Assembly: GCF_044704955.1 (NCBI RefSeq)
Contig: NC_091995.1
Location: forward strand, 54,808,001 to 54,872,000
Source of the DNA: Pristiophorus japonicus
Lineage: Eukaryota
Length of the DNA: 64,000 bases
Reading direction: 5' to 3'
A program made the position numbers and the translations under genes. Position 1 is the stretch's first letter; each line of letters opens with the position of its first letter. This document shows, piece by piece, positions 1 through 14,224 of the stretch. Under the pieces are notes generated by a model that searched no databases, was not told the DNA's origin, and was given only the letters and a program-made list of their open reading frames with translations.

Positions 1-3000
1 GATCCCACTCACACCACCCGATCCCACTAACACCACCCGATCCCACTCACATCACTCGATCCCACTCACACCACCCAATCCCATTCACACCACCGGATCC
101 CACTCACACCACCCGATCCCACTCACATCACCCGATCCCACTCACATCACCCTATCCCACTCACACCACCTGATCCCACTCACATCACCCGATCCCACTC
201 ACATCACCCGATCCCACTCACATCACTCGATCCCACTCACACCACCCGATCCCACTCACACCACCCGATCCCACTCACATCACCCGATCCCACTAACACC
301 GCCCGATCCCACTCACACTGCCCGATCCCACTCACACCGCTCGATCCCACTCACACCACCCGATCCAACTCACACCACCCGATCCCACTCACACCACCCG
401 ATCCCACTCGCTCACACATCACCCGATCCCACTCACACCACCCGATCCCACTCGCTCACACATCACCCGATCCCACTCACATCACTCGATCCCACTCACA
501 CCACCCGATCCCACTCACACCACCCGATCCCACTCACATCACCCGATCCCACTAACACCGCCCGATCCCACTCACACTGCCCGATCCCACTCACATCACC
601 CGATCCCACTAACACCGCCCGATCCCACTCACACTGCCCGATCCCACTCACACCGCTCGATCCCACTCACACCACCCGATCCAACTCACACCACCCGATC
701 CCACTCACTCAAACACCACCCGATCCCACTCACACCACCCGATCCCACTCACACCACCCGATCCCACTCACATCACCCGATCCCACTCACACCAGCCGAT
801 CCCACTCACATCACCCGATCCCACTCACACCACCCGATCCCACTAACACCACCCGATCCCACTCACATCACTCGATCCCACTCACACCACCCAATCCCAT
901 TCACACCACCGGATCCCACTCACACCACCCGATCCCACTCACATCACCCGATCCCACTCACATCACCCTATCCCACTCACACCACCTGATCCCACTCACA
1001 TCACCCGATCCCACTCACATCACCCGATCCCACTCACATCACTCGATCCCACTCACACCACCCGATCCCACTCACACCACCCGATCCCACTCACATCACC
1101 CGATCCCACTAACACCGCCCGATCCCACTCACACTGCCCGATCCCACTCACACCGCTCGATCCCACTCACACCACCCGATCCAACTCACACCACCCGATC
1201 CCACTCACTCAAACACCACCCGATCCCACTCACACCACCCGATCCCACTCACACCACCCGATCCCACTCACATCACCCGATCCCACTCACACCAGCCGAT
1301 CCCACTCACATCACCCGATCCCACTCACACCACCCGATCCCACTAACACCACCCGATCCCACTCACATCACTCGATCCCACTCACACCACCCGATCCCAC
1401 TCACACCACCCGATCCCACTCACACCACCCAATCCCACTCACACCACTCGATCCCACGCACACCACCCGATCCCACTCACATCACCCAATCCCACTCACA
1501 CCACCCGATCCCACTCACACCACCCGATCCCACTCACATCACCCGATCCCACTCACACCAGCCGATCCCACTCACATCACCCGATCCCACTCACACCACC
1601 CGATCCCACTAACACCACCCGATCCCACTCACATCACTCGATCCCACTCACACCACCCAATCCCATTCACACCACCGGATCCCACTCACACCACCCGATC
1701 CCACTCACATCACCCGATCCCACTCACATCACCCTATCCCACTCACACCACCTGATCCCACTCACATCACCCGATCCCACTCGCATCACCCGATCCCACT
1801 CACATCACTCGATCCCACTCACACCACCCGATCCCACTCACACCACCCGATCCCACTCACATCACCCGATCCCACTAACACCGCCCGATCCCACTCACAC
1901 TGCCCGATCCCACTCACACCGCTCGATCCCACTCACACCACCCGATCCAACTCACACCACCCGATCCCACTCACTCAAACACCACCCGATCCCACTCACA
2001 CCACCCGATCCCACTCACACCACCCGATCCCACTCACACTACTCGATCCCACTCACACCACCCGATCCCACTCGCTCACACATCACCCGATCCCACTCAC
2101 ACCACCCGATCCCACTCACTCACACACCACTCAATCCCACTCACACCACCCGATCCCACTCACACCACCCAATCCCACTCACACCACCCGATCCCACTCA
2201 CTCACACACCACTCAATCCCGCTCACACCACCCGATCCCACTCACACCACCCGATCCCACTCACACCACCCGATCCCACTCACACCATCTGATCCCACTC
2301 ACTCACACACCACTCAATCCCGCTCACACCACTCAATCCCACTCACACCACCCGATCCCACTCACTCACACACCACTCAATCCCGCTCACACAACCCGAT
2401 CCCACTCACACCACCCGATCCCACTCACACCATCTGATCCCACTCACTCACACACCACTCAATCCCGCTCACACCACTCAATCCCACTCACACCACCCGA
2501 TCCCACTCACACCACCCGATCCCACTCACACCACCCGATCCCACTCACTCACGTACCACTCGATCCCACTCACACCACCTGATCCTACACGGCACCCGAT
2601 CCCACTCACGCCACCCGATCCATCTCACACTACCCGATCCCACTCACACCACCCAATCCCACTCACTCACACAGCACTCGATCCCACACACACCACCCGA
2701 TCCCACTCACACCACCCGATCCCACTCACATCACCCGATCCCACTCACATCACCCGATCCCACTCACACTGCCCGATCCCACTCACACCGCCCGATCCCA
2801 CTCACACCACCCGATCCAACTCAGACCACCCAATCCCACTCACTCACACAGCACTCGATCCCACACACACCACCCGATCCCACTCACATCACCCGATCCC
2901 ACTCACATCACCCGATCCCACTCACACCACCCGATCCCACTAACACCACCCGATCCCACTAACAACACCCGTTCCCACTCACTCACACACGACTCTATCC

Positions 3001-6000
3001 CACTAACACCACCCGTTCCCACTCACACTACCTGATCCCACTCACACTACCCGATCCCACTCACACCACCCAATCCCACTCACTCACACAGCACTCGATC
3101 CCACACACACCACCCGATCCCACTCACACCACCCGATCCCACTCACACCACCCGATCCCACTCACATCACCCGATCCCACTCACATCACCCGATCCCACT
3201 CACTCAAACACCCCCCGATCCCACTCACACCACCCGATCCCACTAACACCACCCGATCCCACTCACACCACCCGATCCCACTCACTCACACACCACTCAA
3301 TCACAGTCACACCACCCGATCCCACTCACACCACCCGATCCCACTCACTCACACACCACTCAATCCCACTCACACCACCCGATCCCACTCACTCACACAC
3401 CACTCAATCCCACTCACACCACCCGATCCCACTCACACCACCCAATCCCACTCACACCACCCGATCCCACTCACTCACACACCACTCAATCCCGCTCACA
3501 CCACCCGATCCCACTCACACCACCCGATCCCACTCACACCACCCGATCCCACTCACACCATCTGATCCCACTCACTCACACACCACTCAATCCCGCTCAC
3601 ACCACTCAATCCCACTCACACCACCCGATCCCACTCACTCACACACCACTCAATCCCGCTCACACCACCCGATCCCACTCACACCACCCGATCCCACTCA
3701 CACCACCCGATCCCACTCACACCATCTGATCCCACTCACTCACACACCACTCAATCCCGCTCACACCACTCAATCCCACTCACACCACCCGATCCCACTC
3801 ACACCACCCGATCCCACTCACACCACCCGATCCCACTCACTCATGTACCACTCGATCCCACTCACACCACCTGATCCTACACGGCACCCGATCCCACTCA
3901 CGCCACCCGATCCATCTCACACTACCCGATCCCACTCACACCACCCAATCCCACTCACTCACACAGCACTCGATCCCACACACACCACCCGATCCCACTC
4001 ACACCACCCGATCCCACTCACATCACCCGATCCCACTCACATCACCCGATCCCACTCACACTGCCCGATCCCACTCACACCGCCCGATCCCACTCACACC
4101 ACCCGATCCAACTCAGACCACCCAATCCCACTCACTCACACAGCACTCGATCCCACACACACCACCCGATCCCACTCACATCACCCGATCCCACTCACAT
4201 CACCCGATCCCACTCACACCACCCGATCCCACTAACACCACCCGATCCCACTAACAACACCCGTTCCCACTCACTCACACACGACTCTATCCCACTAACA
4301 CCACCCGTTCCCACTCACACTACCTGATCCCACTCACACTACCTGATCCCACTCACACCACCCAATCCCACTCACTCACACAGCACTCGATCCCACACAC
4401 ACCACCCGATCCCACTCACACCACCCGATCCCACTCACACCACCCGATCCCACTCACATCACCCGATCCCACTCACATCACCCGATCCCACTCACTCAAA
4501 CACCCCCCGATCCCACTCACACCACCCGATCCCACTAACACCACCCGATCCCACTCACACCACCCGATCCCACTCACTCACACACCACTCAATCACAGTC
4601 ACACCACCCGATCCCACTCACACCACCCGATCCCACTCACTCACACACCACTCAATCCCACTCACACCACCCGATCCCACTCACACCACCCAATCCCACT
4701 CACACCACCCGATCCCACTCACTCACACACCACTCAATCCCACTCACACCACCCGATCCCACTCACACCACCCGATCCCACTCACTCACACACCATTCAA
4801 TCCCACTCACACCACCCGATCCCACTCACACCACCCGATCCCACTCACACCATCTGATCCCACTCACTCACACAGCACTCAATCCCACTCACACTACCCG
4901 ATCCCACTCACACCACCCAATCCCACTCACACTACCCGATCCCACTCACACCACCCGATCCCACTCACACCACCCGATCCCACTCACACCACCCGATCCC
5001 ACTCACTCACACACCACTCGATCCCACTCACACACCACCCGATCCCACTCACACCACCCGATCCCACACACACCACCCGATCCCACTCACACCACCCGAT
5101 CCCACTCACACCACCCGATCCCACTCACGCCACCCGATCCCACTCACGCCACCCGATCCCACTCACGCCACCCGATCCCACTCATGCCACCCGATCCCAC
5201 TCACTCACACACCACTCGATCCCACTCACACACCACCCGATCCCACTCACACCACCCGATCCCACTCACACCACCCGATCCCACTCACAGCACCCGATCC
5301 CACTCACAGCACCCGAGACCACTCACACCAGCCGATCCCACTCATACTACCTGATCCCACTCAAACCACCCGATCCCACTCACACCACCCGATCCCACTC
5401 ACACCACCTGATCCCACTCACTCACACACCACCCGATCCCACTCACACCACCCAATCCCACTCACACCACCCGATCCCACTCACACCACCCGATCCCACT
5501 CACACCACCCAATCCCACTCACTCACACACCACTCTATCCCACTCACACCACCCGATCCCACTCACACCACCCAATCCCACTCACTCACACACCACTCTA
5601 TCCCACTCACACGACCCGATCCCACTCACACCAGCCGATACCAATCACTCAAACACCACCCGATCCCACTCACACCACCCGATCCCACTCACACTACCCA
5701 ATCCCACTCACACCACCCGATCCCACTCACTCACACACCACTCGATCCCACTCACACCACCCAATCCCACTCACACCACTCGATCCCACTCACACCACCA
5801 GATCCCACTCACACCACCCGATCCCACTCACAGCACCCGATCCCACGCACACTACCCGCTCCCACTCACACCACTCGATCCCACTCACACCACTCGATCC
5901 CACTCACACCACCCGATCCCACTCACGGCACCCGATCCCACGCACACTACCCGATCCCACTCACACCACTCGATCCCACTCACACAACCCGATCCCACTC

Positions 6001-9000
6001 ACGGCACCCGATCCCACGCACACTACCTGATCCCACGCACACCACCCGATCCCACTCACATCACCCGATCCCACTCACACCACTCGATCCCACTCACACC
6101 ACCCGATCCCACTCACGGCTCCCGATCCCACGCACACTACCCGATCCCACTCACACCACCCGATCCCACTCACATCACCCGATCCCACTCACACCACTCT
6201 ATCCCACTCACACCACCCGATCCCACTCACACCACCCGATCCCACTCACTCAAACACCACCCAATCCCACTCACACCACCCGATCCCACTCACACTACCC
6301 AATCCCACTCACACCACCCGATCCCACTCACTCACACACCACTCGATCCCACTCACACCACCCAATCCCACTCACACCACCAGATCCCACTCACACCACC
6401 CGATCCCACTCACACCACTCGATCCCGCTCACACCACCCGATCCCACTCACAGCACCCGATCCCACGCACACTACCCGCTCCCACTCACACCACCCGATC
6501 CCACTCACACTACCCGATCCCACTCACACCACCCGATCCCACTCACACCACTCGATCCCACTCACACCACCCGATCCCACTCACGGCACCCGATCCCACG
6601 CACACTACCTGATCCCACGCACACCACCCGATCCCACTCACATCACCCGATCCCACTCACACCACTCGATCCCACTCACACCACCCGATCCCACTCACTC
6701 ACACACCACTCAATCCCACTCACACCACCCGATCCCACTCACACCACCCAATCCCACTCACACCACCCGATCCCACTCACTCACACACCACTCAATCCCG
6801 CTCACACCACCCGATCCCACTCACACCACCCGATCCCACTCACACCACCCGATCCCACTCACACCATCTGATCCCACTCACTCACACACCACTCAATCCC
6901 GCTCACACCACCCGATCCCACTCACACCACCCAATCCCACTCACACCACCCGATCCCACTCACTCACACACCACTCAATCCCGCTCACACCACCCGATCC
7001 CACTCACACCACCCGATCCCACTCACACCACCCGATCCCACTCACACCATCTGATCCCACTCACTCACACACCACTCAATCCCGCTCACACCACTCAATC
7101 CCACTCACACCACCCGATCCCACTCACTCACACACCACTCAATCCCGCTCACACCACCCGATCCCACTCACACCACCCGATCCCACTCACACCACCCGAT
7201 CCCACTCACACCATCTGATCCCACTCACTCACACACCACTCAATCCCGCTCACACCACTCAATCCCACTCACACCACCCGATCCCACTCACACCACCCGA
7301 TCCCACTCACACCACCCGATCCCACTCACTCACGTACCACTCGATCCCACTCACACCACCTGATCCTACACGGCACCCGATCCCACTCACGCCACCCGAT
7401 CCATCTCACACTACCCGATCCCACTCACACCACCCAATCCCACTCACTCACACAGCACTCGATCCCACACACACCACCCGATCCCACTCACACCACCCGA
7501 TCCCACTCACATCACCCGATCCCACTCACATCACCCGATCCCACTCACACTGCCCGATCCCACTCACACCGCCCGATCCCACTCACACCACCCGATCCAA
7601 CTCAGACCACCCAATCCCACTCACTCACACAGCACTCGATCCCACACACACCACCCGATCCCACTCACATCACCCGATCCCACTCACATCACCCGATCCC
7701 ACTCACACCACCCGATCCCACTAACACCACCCGATCCCACTAACAACACCCGTTCCCACTCACTCACACACGACTCTATCCCACTAACACCACCCGTTCC
7801 CACTCACACTACCTGATCCCACTCACACTACCCGATCCCACTCACACCACCCAATCCCACTCACTCACACAGCACTCGATCCCACACACACCACCCGATC
7901 CCACTCACACCACCCGATCCCACTCACACCACCCGATCCCACTCACATCACCCGATCCCACTCACATCACCCGATCCCACTCACTCAAACACCCCCCGAT
8001 CCCACTCACACCACCCGATCCCACTAACACCACCCGATCCCACTCACACCACCCGATCCCACTCACTCACACACCACTCAATCACAGTCACACCACCCGA
8101 TCCCACTCACACCACCCGATCCCACTCACTCACACACCACTCAATCCCACTCACACCACCCGATCCCACTCACACCACCCAATCCCACTCACACCACCCG
8201 ATCCCACTCACTCACACACCACTCAATCCCACTCACACCACCCGATCCCACTCACACCACCCGATCCCACTCACTCACACACCATTCAATCCCACTCACA
8301 CCACCCGATCCCACTCACACCACCCGATCCCACTCACACCATCTGATCCCACTCACTCACACAGCACTCAATCCCACTCACACTACCCGATCCCACTCAC
8401 ACCACCCAATCCCACTCACACTACCCGATCCCACTCACACCACCCGATCCCACTCACACCACCCGATCCCACTCACACCACCCGATCCCACTCACTCACA
8501 CACCACTCGATCCCACTCACACGCCACCCGATCCCACTCACACCACCCGATCCCATTCACACCACCCGATCCCACGCACAGCACCCGATCCCACTCACAC
8601 CACCCGATCCCACACACACCACCCGATCCCACTCACGCCACCCGATCCCACTCACGCCACCCGATCCCACTCACGCCACCCGATCCCACTCACGCCACCC
8701 GATCCCACTCACGCCACCCGATCCCACTCAGGCCACCCGATCCCACTCACTCACACACCACTCGATCCCACTCACACACCACCCGATCCCACTCACACCA
8801 CCCGATCCCACTCACAGCACCCGATCCCACTCACAGCACCCGAGACCACTCACACCAGCCGATCCCACTCATACTACCTGATCCCACTCAAACCACCCGA
8901 TCCCACTCACACCACCCGATCCCACTCACACCACCTGATCCCACTCACTCACACACCACCCGATCCCACTCATACCACCCAATCCCACTCACACCACCCG

Positions 9001-12000
9001 ATCCCACTCACACCACCCGATCCCACTCACACCACCCAATCCCACTCACTCACACACCACTCTATCCCACTCACACCACCCGATCCCACTCACACCACCC
9101 AATCCCACTCACTCACACACCACTCTATCCCACTCACACGACCCGATCCCACTCACACCAGCCGATACCAATCACTCAAACACCACCCGATCCCACTCAC
9201 ACCACCCGATCCCACTCACACTACCCAATCCCACTCACACCACCCGATCCCACTCACTCACACACCACTCGATCCCACTCACACCACCCAATCCCACTCA
9301 CACCACCAGATCCCACTCACACCACCAGATCCCACTCACACCACCCGATCCCGCTCACACCACTCGATCCCGCTCACACCACCCGATCCCACTCACAGCA
9401 CCCGATCCCACGCACACTACCCGATCCCACTCACACCACTCGATCCCACTCACACAACCCGATCCCACTCACGGCACCCGATCCCACGCACACTACCTGA
9501 TCCCACGCACACCACCCGATCCCACTCACATCACCCGATCCCACTCACACCACTCGATCCCACTCACACCACCCGATCCCACTCGCGGCTCCCGATCCCA
9601 CGCACACTACCCGATCCCACTCACACCACCCGATCCCACTCACATCACCCGATCCCACTCACACCACTCTATCCCACTCACACCACCCGATCCCACTCAC
9701 ACCACCCGATCCCACTCACTCAAACACCACCCAATCCCACTCACACCACCCGATCCCACTCACACTACCCAATCCCACTCACACCACCCGATCCCACTCA
9801 CTCACACACCACTCGATCCCACTCACACCACCCAATCCCACTCACACCACCAGATCCCAATCACACCACCCGATCCCACTCACACCACTCGATCCCGCTC
9901 ACACCACCCGATCCCACTCACAGCACCCGATCCCACGCACACTACCCGCTCCCACTCACACCACCCGATCCCACTCACACTACCCGATCCCACTCACACC
10001 ACCCGATCCCACTCACACCACTCGATCCCACTCACACCACCCGATCCCACTCACGGCACCCGATCCCACGCACACTACCTGATCCCACGCACACCACCCG
10101 ATCCCACTCACATCACCCGATCCCACTCACACCACTCGATCCCACTCACACCACCCGATCCCACTCACTCACACACCACTCAATCCCACTCACACCACCC
10201 GATCCCACTCACACCACCCAATCCCACTCACACCACCCGATCCCACTCACTCACACACCACTCAATCCCGCTCACACCACCCGATCCCACTCACACCACC
10301 CGATCCCACTCACACCACCCGATCCCACTCACACCATCTGATCCCACTCACTCACACACCACTCAATCCCGCTCACACCACTCAATCCCACTCACACCAC
10401 CCGATCCCACTCACTCACACACCACTCAATCCCGCTCACACCACCCGATCCCACTCACACCACCCGATCCCACTCACACCACCCGATCCCACTCACACCA
10501 TCTGATCCCACTCACTCACACACCACTCAATCCCGCTCACACCACTCAATCCCACTCACACCACCCGATCCCACTCACACCACCCGATCCCACTCACACC
10601 ACCCGATCCCACTCACTCACGTACCACTCGATCCCACTCACACCACCTGATCCTACACGGCACCCGATCCCACTCACGCCACCCGATCCATCTCACACTA
10701 CCCGATCCCACTCACACCACCCAATCCCACTCACTCACACAGCACTCGATCCCACACACACCACCCGATCCCACTCACACCACCCGATCCCACTCACATC
10801 ACCCGATCCCACTCACATCACCCGATCCCACTCACACTGCCCGATCCCACTCACACCGCCCGATCCCACTCACACCACCCGATCCAACTCAGACCACCCA
10901 ATCCCACTCACTCACACAGCACTCGATCCCACACACACCACCCGATCCCACTCACATCACCCGATCCCACTCACATCACCCGATCCCACTCACACCACCC
11001 GATCCCACTAACACCACCCGATCCCACTAACAACACCCGTTCCCACTCACTCACACACGACTCTATCCCACTAACACCACCCGTTCCCACTCACACTACC
11101 TGATCCCACTCACACTACCCGATCCCACTCACACCACCCAATCCCACTCACTCACACAGCACTCGATCCCACACACACCACCCGATCCCACTCACACCAC
11201 CCGATCCCACTCACACCACCCGATCCCACTCACATCACCCGATCCCACTCACATCACCCGATCCCACTCACTCAAACACCCCCCGATCCCACTCACACCA
11301 CCCGATCCCACTAACACCACCCGATCCCACTCACACCACCCGATCCCACTCACTCACACACCACTCAATCACAGTCACACCACCCGATCCCACTCACACC
11401 ACCCGATCCCACTCACTCACACACCACTCAATCCCACTCACACCACCCGATCCCACTCACACCACCCAATCCCACTCACACCACCCGATCCCACTCACTC
11501 ACACACCACTCAATCCCACTCACACCACCCGATCCCACTCACACCACCCGATCCCACTCACTCACACACCATTCAATCCCACTCACACCACCCGATCCCA
11601 CTCACACCACCCGATCCCACTCACACCATCTGATCCCACTCACTCACACAGCACTCAATCCCACTCACACTACCCGATCCCACTCACACCACCCAATCCC
11701 ACTCACACTACCCGATCCCACTCACACCACCCGATCCCACTCACACCACCCGATCCCACTCACACCACCCGATCCCACTCACTCACACACCACTCGATCC
11801 CACTCACACGCCACCCGATCCCACTCACACCACCCGATCCCATTCACACCACCCGATCCCACGCACAGCACCCGATCCCACTCACACCACCCGATCCCAC
11901 ACACACCACCCGATCCCACTCACACCACCCGATCCCACTCACGCCACCCGATCCCACTCACGCCACCCGATCCCACTCACGCCACCCGATCCCACTCACG

Positions 12001-13785
12001 CCACCCGATCCCACTCACGCCACCCGATCCCACTCACTCACACACCACTCGATCCCACTCACACACCACCCGATCCCACTCACACCACCCGATCCCACTC
12101 ACACCACCCGATCCCACTCACAGCACCCGATCCCACTCACAGCACCCGAGACCACTCACACCAGCCGATCCCACTCATACTACCTGATCCCACTCAAACC
12201 ACCCGATCCCACTCACACCACCCGATCCCACTCACACCACCTGATCCCACTCACTCACACACCACCCGATCCCACTCACACCACCCAATCCCACTCACAC
12301 CACCCGATCCCACTCACACCACCCGATCCCACTCACACCACCCAATCCCACTCACTCACACACCACTCTATCCCACTCACACCACCCGATCCCACTCACA
12401 CCACCCAATCCCACTCACTCACACACCACTCTATCCCACTCACACGACCCGATCCCACTCACACCAGCCGATACCAATCACTCAAACACCACCCGATCCC
12501 ACTCACACCACCCGATCCCACTCACACTACCCAATCCCACTCACACCACCCGATCCCACTCACTCACACACCACTCGATCCCACTCACACCACCCAATCC
12601 CACTCACACCACCAGATCCCACTCACACCACCAGATCCCACTCACACCACCCGATCCCACTCACACCACTCTATCCCGCTCACACCACCCGATCCCACTC
12701 ACAGCACCCGATCCCACGCACACTACCCGATCCCACTCACACCACTCGATCCCACTCACACAACCCGATCCCATTCACGGCACCCGATCCCACGCACACT
12801 ACCTGATCCCACGCACACCACCCGATCCCACTCACATCACCCGATCCCACTCACACCACTCGATCCCACTCACACCACCCGATCCCACTCACGGCTCCCG
12901 ATCCCACGCACACTACCCGATCCCACTCACACCACCCGATCCCACTCACATCACCCGATCCCACTCACACCACTCTATCCCACTCACACCACCCGATCCC
13001 ACTCACACCACCCGATCCCACTCACTCAAACACCACCCAATCCCACTCACACCACCCGATCCCACTCACACTACCCAATCCCACTCACACCACCCGATCC
13101 CACTCACTCACACACCACTCGATCCCACTCACACCACCCAATCCCACTCACACCACCAGATCCCACTCACACCACCCGATCCCACTCACACCACTCGATC
13201 CCGCTCACACCACCCGATCCCACTCACAGCACCCGATCCCACGCACACTACCCGCTCCCACTCACACCACCCGATCCCACTCACACTACCCGATCCCACT
13301 CACACCACCCGATCCCACTCACACCACTCGATCCCACTCACACCACCCGATCCCACTCACGGCACCCGATCCCACGCACACTACCTGATCCCACGCACAC
13401 CACCCGATCCCACTCACATCACCCGATCCCACTCACACCACTCGATCCCACTCACACCACCCGATCCCACTCACATCACCCGATCCCACTCACACCACTC
13501 TATCCCACTCACACCACCCGATCCCACTCACATCACCCGATCCCACTCACACCACTCGATCCCACTCACACCAACCGATCCCACTCACACCACCCGATCC
13601 CACTCACTAAAACACCACCCGATCCCACACGCTACCCGATCCCACTCACACTACCCGATCCCACTCACACCACCCGATCTCACTCACACTACCCGATCCC
13701 ACTCACACACTGCCCGATCCCACTCACACTACCCGATCCCACTCACACTACCCGATCCCACTCACACCACCCGATCCCACTCACT
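1..13785. repeat. 19-bp satellite array (left block), consensus GATCCCACTCACACCACCC with 25-bp variants and a ~3.3-3.5 kb higher-order repeat; runs off the window start
   Basis: Continuous tandem units. Rare variants recur at near-fixed spacing: GATACCAATC at ~5637/9164/12470 and CGAGACCACTC at ~5314/8841/12147. Confidence 0.97.
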
Positions 13786-14224
13786 GGTGCTCGGGATGCC
13801 TGCTCCTTGTATGAGGGGAAAGGAGTGAATGAGAGGGATTGACTTTGGTAAACAGGGACTGTTGGACTGGAAATTCCCTCAGTGCTGTACGGCTTACATC
13901 AGCATGACTCACTCACAGCCCAACTCTTACACTATCAGTTGGCACAGAGTAAGTTAGCAGAGCTTTCGGCCAATTGTGTTCAATCACGTTTACACTCACC
14001 GCCCATTCCACAGTATTTATTCATCTACATTCTACCCTGATAGTTCACAGTCCTGAGTTTGATGCCGTACTTTTAATTTTGGATTGGCCACAAGTCGCAG
14101 CAAAAGAATTCAGAGGAAGGTGGAGAGCAGCGAACTTTGGTTCAGTTCCCATTGAAAATCCCAGACTGGACAGCTTTGTAATGAGACAGTCACAGGTAAT
14201 GTCTGCCTCCTTAAACCACCCCAG
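13786..14224. other. 439-bp unique-sequence island inside the satellite
   Basis: Abrupt switch to complex, balanced-composition sequence with satellite on both sides. No terminal repeats or target-site duplication seen. Confidence 0.9.
13869..13911. promoter_or_regulatory. Candidate enhancer: NF-kB site (GGAAATTCCC, 13869-13878) and AP-1 site (TGACTCA, 13905-13911)
   Basis: Exact consensus matches (GGGAATTTCC on the - strand). Function is inferred only. Confidence 0.35.
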
